A stretch of 64,000 bases of DNA, taken from the NCBI GenBank assembly GCA_944388565.1, contig CALXJG010000003.1, positions 409 to 64,408 on the forward strand, in the 5' to 3' direction. Position 1 is the stretch's first letter. Each line of letters starts with the position of its first letter. This document shows, piece after piece, positions 56,389 through 64,000 of the stretch. The position numbers and the translations under genes are program-made. Source of the stretch: an uncultured Clostridia bacterium (GTDB taxonomy: Bacteria > Bacillota > Clostridia > TANB77 > CAG-465). Under the pieces are notes generated by a model. That model made no database searches and was not told the DNA's origin. It saw nothing but the letters and a program-made list of their open reading frames with translations.

Positions 56389-56484
56389 CTATAGTTGCTC
56401 CTTTAATCCAATTGAAATTTTAATTAAATACTTTATTTGATCTCAAAATTTTGAGTTTTATGAAAATTCCTTTATATAAATATT

Positions 56485-56730
56485 TTAAATATTATTACTA
56501 ATATTATATTTTTTCATTAATTCTTTTGCTTTTTCAATTCCTTTTTCTGTTATATATGTAGACTTAGCTTTGTATGTACTTCCACCTATCATATTTTCAC
56601 TTTCTAATTTATTTAATATATCAAAATCATAACCTTTCCACGCTCTTTGATATTCTCCATGTGGTTCTCTTTCAGTCCATGATGTTAAATATAATAGTAA
56701 TAATGTTAATTCCTTTATTTGTTCTTCCAT
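56485..56730 (-). CDS. Small conserved hypothetical protein (DUF6429-like)
   Basis: 81 aa. LLLLYLTSWTE...AWKGYDFDILNKL. The family name is from memory. Confidence 0.45.
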   Translation of the reverse strand: MEEQIKELTLLLLYLTSWTEREPHGEYQRAWKGYDFDILNKLESENMIGGSTYKAKSTYITEKGIEKAKELMKKYNISNNI

Positions 56731-56732
56731 TT

Positions 56733-57503
56733 TTAAATCTCTCTTTCTATAAATTCTACAAATGTAGGTACTGTTTCTAATAGATATTTATAATCTTTAG
56801 CTACAAAATAAGCCTCTGATTCTGATCCCCATGAATATGTACCATTTATCTCAATATCTTTTGTTTTTGCTTTTGTAAATTTCTTTATTCCAATTAAATA
56901 ATCTAATAAATACTTATTATTTTCTTGTATTTCTTTAAGTATTTTTTTACACTTTCTGTAGTCTCCCCTTTTATAATACATTACTGCCAATGGAAACAAC
57001 ATAAAAGTTGAATCATCTGAATATTTATTATATATCTTTTCACATTCTTCAAATCTTTCAAGTACAGTATATAGACCAATAATCAAATACCTTACACCTA
57101 AATTGTCACTTTCACATAATTCTAATAATTCTTCGCCTTGTTTTATTGCTTCTGTATATCTACCTAATTCCATTAATGTCAACATATAACTATGTTTTGT
57201 TCTCATATATGGTCTTGTCTCCATTAAGCCCCAAAATATTCCTATGTTTTCTTTGTTGAAGTAATTCTCTTTTTCTAGATTAGTTTTTTCCTTATTTAAT
57301 GTTTCTTCATATTTCTTTAATTTTTTTATAGTATTAGTTTCATGTTTGGTAATAAAATTTTCTGCATCTATATTATTCGGATTTAATGCGAGTGCTTGTT
57401 TTGCTAATTTTATTGCTTTTGCCTTTATTGGTTCTTCATATGCCTCAAATAATAAGTCATCTGATTGTTCTCTTTTTATAAATTCTTCATCTTCAAAATC
57501 CAT
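56733..57503 (-). CDS. TPR-like helical repeat protein
   Basis: Helical-repeat composition. Start set at MDFEDEE, preceded by GGAGAG. It is tightly packed between the neighbouring genes. Confidence 0.5.
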   Translation of the reverse strand: MDFEDEEFIKREQSDDLLFEAYEEPIKAKAIKLAKQALALNPNNIDAENFITKHETNTIKKLKKYEETLNKEKTNLEKENYFNKENIGIFWGLMETRPYMRTKHSYMLTLMELGRYTEAIKQGEELLELCESDNLGVRYLIIGLYTVLERFEECEKIYNKYSDDSTFMLFPLAVMYYKRGDYRKCKKILKEIQENNKYLLDYLIGIKKFTKAKTKDIEINGTYSWGSESEAYFVAKDYKYLLETVPTFVEFIEREI

Positions 57504-57520
57504 ATTTTCACTCTCCATAA

Positions 57521-58174
57521 TTATTTTAAAATTTCCCAATATCCATTCTTATTAGCACCATTTCTTTTAATAATGTTTTTCTCTTTTAAATTTGATATAA
57601 CTCTATCAATTGTACTTTTGGATAAACTTGTTATCTTCTCTAATTCTTTTTTAGTAATATTTTTATTTTCTTTTATTAAATTAATTATTTTCATTTCATT
57701 ATTACTAAGATTTATCACCTCATTTATTACTTCATTTATTACCTCATTTTTGTTTTCATTAAAATATTTTACTAAAAAGTATTTTGTAAGTTTAGGTTCT
57801 TCTTTGTTTTCCCTTATAAATTCAACTTTATATCCACATTTTTTATAAAACTCGGGAGCTTGAAAATTGTATGTAGTTAAATTTATATTTTCAAAACCTC
57901 TACATCTAAAATAATCTTCTACTTTTTCTATGAGTTTACTTCCTATATGTTTATTACGATATTCTTCCAATATAATTAAATCTCCTATATGCACTTCTTT
58001 ATAATATGAATGTCCTGTTATTATACCGATAACTATATTATCTTCTCTTGCAACAAAATTAAATGGTGTATAGTTACACTTTATATTGTTTTTAGTCGCA
58101 TATTTATTAAATTCATCATCTATTAATTTATAAAAACTCTCATCTAAATTTTCAATATATTCAATATTCAACAT
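57521..58174 (-). CDS. GNAT acetyltransferase fused to a C-terminal winged-HTH module
   Basis: GNAT core (EEYRNKHIGSKLIEKVEDYFRCRGF), an (NEVI)x3 linker, then a wHTH ending IKRNGANKNGYWEILK. Confidence 0.7.
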   Translation of the reverse strand: MLNIEYIENLDESFYKLIDDEFNKYATKNNIKCNYTPFNFVAREDNIVIGIITGHSYYKEVHIGDLIILEEYRNKHIGSKLIEKVEDYFRCRGFENINLTTYNFQAPEFYKKCGYKVEFIRENKEEPKLTKYFLVKYFNENKNEVINEVINEVINLSNNEMKIINLIKENKNITKKELEKITSLSKSTIDRVISNLKEKNIIKRNGANKNGYWEILK

Positions 58175-58536
58175 TTTTTTATACTCCTATAAATTCTTTA
58201 TGCCAATATATTATCATAAAAGCCTAAAAAAAGAAAGTGCTTTTCCAAACACTTCCAATTAAGTTTTATCTATAAACATTAATTTATTTTTTCATTAATT
58301 TATACTACTTCGCATACCATATCAACTGCTACCGTTACCTTAATTTTATGATTTTCTACTCTTTTTATCTTATTTTTGCCTTTTCTCTCAAAACTAACAA
58401 AATCCTCAAAAACAGTAAATTCAACTATTGTATCTCATTTCTGAGAGATAACACCGCTACACACTCCACATGCAGTGTTTGCTTACAAAAAACACCTAGT
58501 CGTGCCTTGTATGTTGCTAAAAGACATCTTATTTTA

Positions 58537-59532
58537 TTAATCTTTTATTTCGATTTTTATTTCTTTATTTGCTTTTACTTTTGCATATCCACCTATAGGG
58601 AATGTGAAAATTGGAGTTGTATGTCCAAAATTAGCATTAATTATAATAGGAATATTACTTAATTCTTTTTTACTTTTAAAAATCTTTTCCCATTTTTCAT
58701 CATTCATTTCACAATTATTCTCTGCTCTACCAATCACAATGGCTTTTATATTTTTATTTTTGGCAGAATGCAAAAGCGATTGTAAATCCCTGTCAAATTC
58801 TTTATTAAATGTTTTATCTACTAATCCATCATCTTCAATAAATAATATTGTTCCTTCTAAATCTGGCATGTATTCTGTTCCTTGTAGTAGATTTAGGGTG
58901 CATAAGTTTCCTCCTATTATTCTGCCTTCCGCTTCTCCTTTATTTATTATTTTCATACCTTCATTTTTTATAAATGTTCTGTTTTCTTGGTTTTTAAACC
59001 AACTATCATTGCTCCATTCATCAGAACTTTCAATTTCAATGTTTTCAGATTGCATAAACATTTTCCTAAAATATTTTTCCGTATATTCAAATCCTTTTTT
59101 CATTCCAAAACTAGAAAAATGAGGTCCTGAATAAGTTATCATTCCTGTTTTAGCATAGATTGCATTTGTTAATGCGGTAATATCAGAAAAACCACAAATA
59201 ATTTTAGGATTTTCTTTTATTAAATCATAATCAATATAATCTAATATTTGATTTACGTTGTAGCCACCTATTACTGTTAATATAGCTTTTACATTTTTAT
59301 CTTTAAAGGCTTCGTGTAAATCTTCTATCCTATCTTCTATACTAGCACAGTTATAATCTTCTCCTATTGAATTTAAAACATTTTTCCCCAATGTTACTTT
59401 AAATCCTATATTTTCTAATCTTCTTTTTGCACTTTCTGTAACCTCATTACTTAATATACACATACTTCTAGAAGGTGCAATAACTCTTATTTCATCTCCT
59501 ATATTTATTTTTTTTGGAATAATCTTGTTCAT
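58537..59532 (-). CDS. S66-family LD-carboxypeptidase (MccF-like)
   Basis: 331 aa with GFSDITAL and an FGH motif near the C-terminus. Confidence 0.8.
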   Translation of the reverse strand: MNKIIPKKINIGDEIRVIAPSRSMCILSNEVTESAKRRLENIGFKVTLGKNVLNSIGEDYNCASIEDRIEDLHEAFKDKNVKAILTVIGGYNVNQILDYIDYDLIKENPKIICGFSDITALTNAIYAKTGMITYSGPHFSSFGMKKGFEYTEKYFRKMFMQSENIEIESSDEWSNDSWFKNQENRTFIKNEGMKIINKGEAEGRIIGGNLCTLNLLQGTEYMPDLEGTILFIEDDGLVDKTFNKEFDRDLQSLLHSAKNKNIKAIVIGRAENNCEMNDEKWEKIFKSKKELSNIPIIINANFGHTTPIFTFPIGGYAKVKANKEIKIEIKD

Positions 59533-59543
59533 TATTTTCCTCC

Positions 59544-60572
59544 TTATATTTCATCTTCTTCTATATCTTTCTTAACATAGTTCTCTAAATTTAATTCTTT
59601 CTTGAATTCTTCTTCGGTTGGCAAATATAATTTATATTTTGATGCGTAAATTTGATTATTATCTTCTGGTAAAGTATATTTTACAATTTGGTCGCTTTTA
59701 TCTGCACATAATACAATTCCTATTGGCGGATTATCTCCCTCGTTCATCATTTCTCTAGTATAGTAATTAACATACATTTGCATTTGTCCTAAATCTTGAT
59801 GTGTTAAATCTCCCAACTTTAAATCAATTATTACAAAACATTTTAATATATAATTATAAAATACTAAATCTATGAAGAAGTGTCTTCCGTCAAAAGTTAT
59901 TTTTTGTTGTCTTGCCACAAATGAAAATCCTCTGCCTAATTCTAATAAAAATTTTTGCAAATGGTCTATTATCGCTTGTTCTAAATCTTTTTCATAAAAA
60001 TTTGTTTTTCCCTCTAATCCTAAAAATTCTAATACATATGGATCTCTTATAATATTTTTAGGTTCTACTTTTTCTGGTAACCCTATTTCGTTTTTAATTG
60101 ACTCTTTATCTTGGCTTGCTAATAATCTTTCATAGTAAAAAGAATTTATTTGTCTTTTTAATTGTCGTACACTCCAATTAGATTTTACACATTCATCAGC
60201 ATAAAATTGTCTTACTTTTTCATCTTCTATTCTCATTAAAAGGTTATAATGAGACCAACTTAATTCGCTAGACAGTGTCTGGCGATTTGGAAAAGTACGA
60301 TAAAATTGTCTCATATTTTTTAAATTAGCAACTGTAAAACCTTTTCCAAATTCTTTGGTTAAGTGTTCTGATAAATATTCTAATAGCTTTTTTCCGTATT
60401 CTGCTCTATCATTTTCTCCACACGCTTTGTGTATTTCTTGTCCTATTTCCCAATATGCTTGTACCATTGCTGAATTAACAGCAGTATATACTTTTGATTG
60501 TGCTGTTAACACACTATTTCTAATTATTTTGTATGATTCCTCTGGTTGTATTGTTATTTGGTTATCACTCAT
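59544..60572 (-). CDS. YhcG-family (DUF1016) PDDEXK nuclease domain protein
   Basis: AVNSAMVQAYWEIGQEI, LSWSHY and the IDLVFYN...IIDLKLG PD-(D/E)xK core. Confidence 0.75.
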   Translation of the reverse strand: MSDNQITIQPEESYKIIRNSVLTAQSKVYTAVNSAMVQAYWEIGQEIHKACGENDRAEYGKKLLEYLSEHLTKEFGKGFTVANLKNMRQFYRTFPNRQTLSSELSWSHYNLLMRIEDEKVRQFYADECVKSNWSVRQLKRQINSFYYERLLASQDKESIKNEIGLPEKVEPKNIIRDPYVLEFLGLEGKTNFYEKDLEQAIIDHLQKFLLELGRGFSFVARQQKITFDGRHFFIDLVFYNYILKCFVIIDLKLGDLTHQDLGQMQMYVNYYTREMMNEGDNPPIGIVLCADKSDQIVKYTLPEDNNQIYASKYKLYLPTEEEFKKELNLENYVKKDIEEDEI

Positions 60573-60649
60573 AAAGTTCCTCCTTTTTTATTTCTACCTA
60601 GATTTTCATAACATTTAACATACTAATTGTCAATTTTTCACATAGTTAT

Positions 60650-60910
60650 TTATAGTGTTTTTATTTCTTGCATTCTTGAAATTATCTCATCTATATTATT
60701 TGTTATATTTAATTTATTCAAAAAATTTATTGCATTATAATGATAAGCATTATAAGTAGTTTCCTTTGAAATTTTATATATCAAATCTATAAAGTCATTT
60801 TTCTCTTCTTTTAATAAATTATTATATATCTTTATCATATAAAATTCATTGCTTTTCCTAACAAATTGATAGTCTGTAATTATTGACTTTAGTTTGTTTC
60901 TATTAGCCAT
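60650..60910 (-). CDS. Hypothetical protein
   Basis: 86-aa ORF. I recognise no family. Confidence 0.4.
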   Translation of the reverse strand: MANRNKLKSIITDYQFVRKSNEFYMIKIYNNLLKEEKNDFIDLIYKISKETTYNAYHYNAINFLNKLNITNNIDEIISRMQEIKTL

Positions 60911-61005
60911 ATTAAATTTATTCTTTATAAAATTTTAATCAATTTTATCATTTTTTAAGTCTTTTTAGGTGTTTCTTTGAGCAGCTAGAAACATCTCATT
61001 TTTCT

Positions 61006-62379
61006 TTATTTTTCAATAGATTCCTTTAACTTAAGAACAGACACACACTCAACGTGACTTGTATTTGGAAACATATCAACAGGAATAATACTACCTATAT
61101 CATACTCTCTCTCAAGTAATTTTAAATCTCTTGCAAGAGTAGCAGGATTACAACTAACATAGCCAATTTTCTTAGGTTTAAAATTTATTATATACTCTAT
61201 ACTTTTTAAATCTAAACCTTTTCTTGGTGGATCAACCACTATTACATCTGGTTTAATATTTCTCTCCTTAAATTCCTTTATTTTATCTTCTACGCTACCT
61301 GCTATATACTCAGCATTTTTTATATTATTTAATTTAATATTTAAATTTGCCATTTTTACAGCTTGTTCTTCTATTTCAATTCCATATATTTCTTTTACTT
61401 TGTCACTTAAGAAGATACCTATAGAACCAACTCCACTATATAAATCAAATAATACCTCATCACCTTTTAAATTCAAATTATCTTTTAATGTAGTATACAA
61501 AATTTCAGCTTGAATAGTATTGACTTGAAAAAAAGACTTTGGTGATATGTAATATTTATAATCGCCTATAGTTTCAGTTATATAATCATCACCATATATC
61601 TTTATAGTTTTATTGCCTAAAATCTCGTTTGTGTTACTCTCATTTAAATTTAAAAATATACCTTTTATATTATTATTAACTTTTAATAATTTTTTTACTA
61701 TCTTACAAAAGCGATTATCTTTTAACAAAGTAGAATTATTTACTATTATAACTATCATAATATCTCCTGTATGATAGCCTCTTCTTACAAGGATGTGACG
61801 TATATCACCAGTACTTTTTTCTTCATTATATCCTGTAAAGCCTTCAGTTAAAAGTAAGTCAAATATACTTTTTGAAAGCATGTCAATTACCCTATTTTGT
61901 ATAAAGCAACAATTATTTTTTACTATATCATGTGAACGTTTAGAATAAAATCCCATAACAGTATTATTTGATTTATCTACTCTTACGGGATATTGTACTT
62001 TATTTCTATAATAGTATGGCATACCCATACCAATAACATTTTCTACTCTTTTATAATTTACTTTTTGCTTTTTTAGTACATTTTCAACCATTTTATTTTT
62101 GAGTAGTAATTGCATATTATACTCAATATGTTGAGAGCTACATCCACCACATCTTTTAAAAACATCACATATAGGCTCTACCCTATATTTACTTTCATTG
62201 TATATATTTTCGACTCTTGCTATAGCATAATCTTTATTTACTTTTATAATTTTAGAAAGTACCTTCTCACCAATTATGGCTTCTGGTACAAATATAACTT
62301 TACCATCTTTTTTGGCAATACCTTCAAAAGATAATCCGTTATCAATAATTTCTAAATCTAAATATTCATTTTTATTCAT
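61006..62379 (-). CDS. 23S rRNA (uracil-5-)-methyltransferase, RumA/RlmD family
   Basis: TRAM domain, a CGGC Fe-S cysteine cluster, the SAM motif DLYSGVG and DPPRKG. Confidence 0.85.
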   Translation of the reverse strand: MNKNEYLDLEIIDNGLSFEGIAKKDGKVIFVPEAIIGEKVLSKIIKVNKDYAIARVENIYNESKYRVEPICDVFKRCGGCSSQHIEYNMQLLLKNKMVENVLKKQKVNYKRVENVIGMGMPYYYRNKVQYPVRVDKSNNTVMGFYSKRSHDIVKNNCCFIQNRVIDMLSKSIFDLLLTEGFTGYNEEKSTGDIRHILVRRGYHTGDIMIVIIVNNSTLLKDNRFCKIVKKLLKVNNNIKGIFLNLNESNTNEILGNKTIKIYGDDYITETIGDYKYYISPKSFFQVNTIQAEILYTTLKDNLNLKGDEVLFDLYSGVGSIGIFLSDKVKEIYGIEIEEQAVKMANLNIKLNNIKNAEYIAGSVEDKIKEFKERNIKPDVIVVDPPRKGLDLKSIEYIINFKPKKIGYVSCNPATLARDLKLLEREYDIGSIIPVDMFPNTSHVECVSVLKLKESIEK

Positions 62380-62387
62380 TAATCCAC

Positions 62388-63320
62388 CTATTTTATACTA
62401 TCTAAAATACTTTGTAATTTATTTGAATCATCTTGTAAATCTTCTAGTTTTACACCATATTCATTTTCTATATCATTTTTTAAATACGTTAAATTACAAA
62501 CACTCTCTTTATCATCATTTTTTAAATCAACAACTACTTCGTCAATAATTGGTTGCTTTATAAACACTATAATGCTACACTGTTTAGCCCACTTTTTGTA
62601 TTCATTAATATCAGTACTTTCATCAAATTCAGTAGATATATTCATGTTTACAACACTACCTTGGTTTGAATTAATAATTTCTGAATCAACTTTAGCTATT
62701 TTATCAATATATTTAAAATTTGTATTAGTATAATTTTGACTTTCTGCAAATATTCTAGTTGTTATAGTGTCTCCTGAAAATTCGCTTTCAATCTTTTTAG
62801 GCTCAGTAATATTAGTATCTATTTCATTATTGTTATATAACAAAGATGAAGGATACAAAAACAAATATGGTGCTGTAATAACTGCTAAAATAATAGCAAT
62901 TTTTTTCTTTGCTTTTTGATCTAGATCTACTTTCTTAAATGAAAGTTTTAAATTCATAAAATAAATTATTATTGCAGTAATTATTATAGCGATAAAAGTT
63001 ATAATTAATGACCATATATTACTAAATGGATTATATGCTAATGCAGAAATAATACTTGAATTTACCAAATTCGAAGGTAAAAGCTGTGTACATATAAGAA
63101 GTGCTGCACCGCACAAATCAGCCACAAATCCAATTATCCAAACTTTTAAAATTGTCTTTTTATACACATCTTTTATATTACTTATCTTTAATACTTTTAA
63201 TGATATTAATAATACAGCTGTATCAATTAAAAAATTAGCAGGCAATACTATTAACCAATACAATGGATAAAATATTAATAACCATATTGGAAATATAACA
63301 TTATATAATTTATCTTTCAT
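62388..63320 (-). CDS. Hypothetical polytopic membrane protein
   Basis: Start set at MKDKLYN, preceded by GGGGG. It has an N-terminal TM bundle and a soluble C-terminal domain. Confidence 0.55.
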   Translation of the reverse strand: MKDKLYNVIFPIWLLIFYPLYWLIVLPANFLIDTAVLLISLKVLKISNIKDVYKKTILKVWIIGFVADLCGAALLICTQLLPSNLVNSSIISALAYNPFSNIWSLIITFIAIIITAIIIYFMNLKLSFKKVDLDQKAKKKIAIILAVITAPYLFLYPSSLLYNNNEIDTNITEPKKIESEFSGDTITTRIFAESQNYTNTNFKYIDKIAKVDSEIINSNQGSVVNMNISTEFDESTDINEYKKWAKQCSIIVFIKQPIIDEVVVDLKNDDKESVCNLTYLKNDIENEYGVKLEDLQDDSNKLQSILDSIK

Positions 63321-63497
63321 AACAACCCCCCATAGTAAGCATAAATAATGCTTTTTTATATTATAACATATATAATAAAAAAATAGCAAGTAAATATAAA
63401 TTAAAATAATTTAAATATGTAACAATAAAAAATAATTTGAATATAGTATATTAAATTAAGAAAAAAATTCTTAATTAGCATTAAAGGAGTGTTATAT

Positions 63498-63632
63498 ATG
63501 TTGGGCAATGATAATCAATTCATATGTTTATTAATATTGATTGTCGTAATAGGCTTTCTTTATTCTAAAGGTAGAGCATCTAGACCACTGAACTTCGATA
63601 CCTTCTTTAGGTTAGATAGTTCAATCCCTTAA
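63498..63632 (+). CDS. 44-aa small membrane peptide (MLGNDNQFICLLILIVVIGFLYSKGRASRPLNFDTFFRLDSSIP)
   Basis: Manual translation. RBS AAAGGAG lies 8 nt upstream. Confidence 0.35.
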   Translation: MLGNDNQFICLLILIVVIGFLYSKGRASRPLNFDTFFRLDSSIP

Positions 63633-63665
63633 CTTGGGACTCAAGGCAAAGAGAGGTGAATCAAG

Positions 63666-63812
63666 ATGGAAGAAAGATGCGGATGTGGATGCGGATGTGG
63701 TAACAACTGCGGATGCGGATGTGGATGCGGTAATGGAATATTCGGTGGTGGAAACTGCTGCTGTATATGGATTATATTAATAATCATAGTTCTTTGCTGT
63801 TGCTGCTGCTAA
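63666..63812 (+). CDS. 48-aa (Cys-Gly)n / poly-Cys membrane peptide (MEERCGCGCGCGNNCGCGCGCGNGIFGGGNCCCIWIILIIIVLCCCCC)
   Basis: Manual translation. RBS AGAGAGGTGA lies 6 nt upstream and a terminator follows. It may belong to the tiny YjcZ-like sporulation peptide class (from memory). Confidence 0.5.
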   Translation: MEERCGCGCGCGNNCGCGCGCGNGIFGGGNCCCIWIILIIIVLCCCCC

Positions 63813-63847
63813 TATGCACAATATATAATAACTAGTACATAATAGTT

Positions 63848-63884
63848 AAAAGGTATTTTAGGATTTAACCTAAAATACCTTTTT
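63848..63884. terminator. Bidirectional terminator between the Cys-rich peptide ORF and uvrA
   Basis: aaaggtattttagg-atttaa-cctaaaataccttt followed by TTTT. Confidence 0.75.
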
Positions 63885-63886
63885 AA

Positions 63887-64000
63887 TTATTTTAATATTT
63901 TCTTTAAAAATTGACCTGTATAACTTGTTTCACATTTAGCAACTTGTTCAGGGGTACCAGTAGTAACTATAGTTCCACCATTATCTCCACCTTCTGGTCC
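63887..64000 (-). CDS. uvrA: Excinuclease ABC subunit A, C-terminal 37 codons (runs off the window end)
   Basis: Manual translation gives [37 protein letters not shown], the characteristic UvrA C-terminus. Confidence 0.85.
   Translation of the reverse strand, partial: GPEGGDNGGTIVTTGTPEQVAKCETSYTGQFLKKILK

Noticed and set aside
58230-58536. GC-richer patch downstream of the LD-carboxypeptidase gene. It has short hairpins (acact/agtgt, atctc/gagat) and a start-less frame, IVEFTVFEDFVSFERKGKNKIKRVENHKIKVTVAVDMVCEVV*.
   Set aside because: There is no start codon, no RBS and no recognisable RNA family. It is probably a gene remnant. It is too weak to call, though it would be worth including in an RNA-seq check.
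63560-63660. tRNA-like or structured-RNA appearance (ggtagagca ... agttcaatccc) in the GC-richer stretch between the two small ORFs.
   Set aside because: I could not fold a cloverleaf. There is no pairing acceptor or anticodon stem. The stretch is also the 3' part of the 44-aa ORF.

Overview
The window is very AT-rich (roughly 25% GC by eye) and looks like a chromosomal segment from a spore-forming, Clostridia-like Firmicute (spoVG, pdaA and ytaF are present). I call about 65 CDS, and all but 7 are on the minus strand. The backbone is housekeeping: tRNA-Trp, pfkA, mtnN, rpe, rsgA, a class A PBP, prkC, stp, rlmN, murD, uvrC, spoVG, ppaC, plsY, der, mnmA, nagZ, an rRNA uracil-5 methyltransferase, and the 3' end of uvrA. 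Accessory and decaying patches interrupt this backbone.

1. **Block between prkC and rsgA (~17.7 kb).** These two genes are normally adjacent. The block carries:
   - a 2313-aa surface protein
   - a pseudogene cluster bracketed by two decayed uvrB 5' fragments
   - a degraded ToxN-family toxin
   - a MazF/EndoA toxin with no adjacent antitoxin
   - an AbiEi/AbiEii cassette flanked by ~230-bp direct repeats that duplicate the 3' end of prkC
2. **Intact type III toxin-antitoxin locus at 40.7-41.4 kb.** It has a promoter, three 36-nt RNA repeats, a terminator hairpin and a short ToxN/AbiQ-like toxin.
3. **Other oddities.**
   - an Rpe-AlkD fusion ORF
   - a UvrC lacking the C-terminal HhH2 domain
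   - a 40-nt palindromic tandem repeat in an ORF-free gap
   - a lone plus-strand orphan gene with a consensus promoter and a leader hairpin
   - a tiny (Cys-Gly)n / poly-Cys membrane peptide

I found no rRNA, CRISPR array, integrase or transposase. All similarity calls come from reading the translations by eye. No database search was run.
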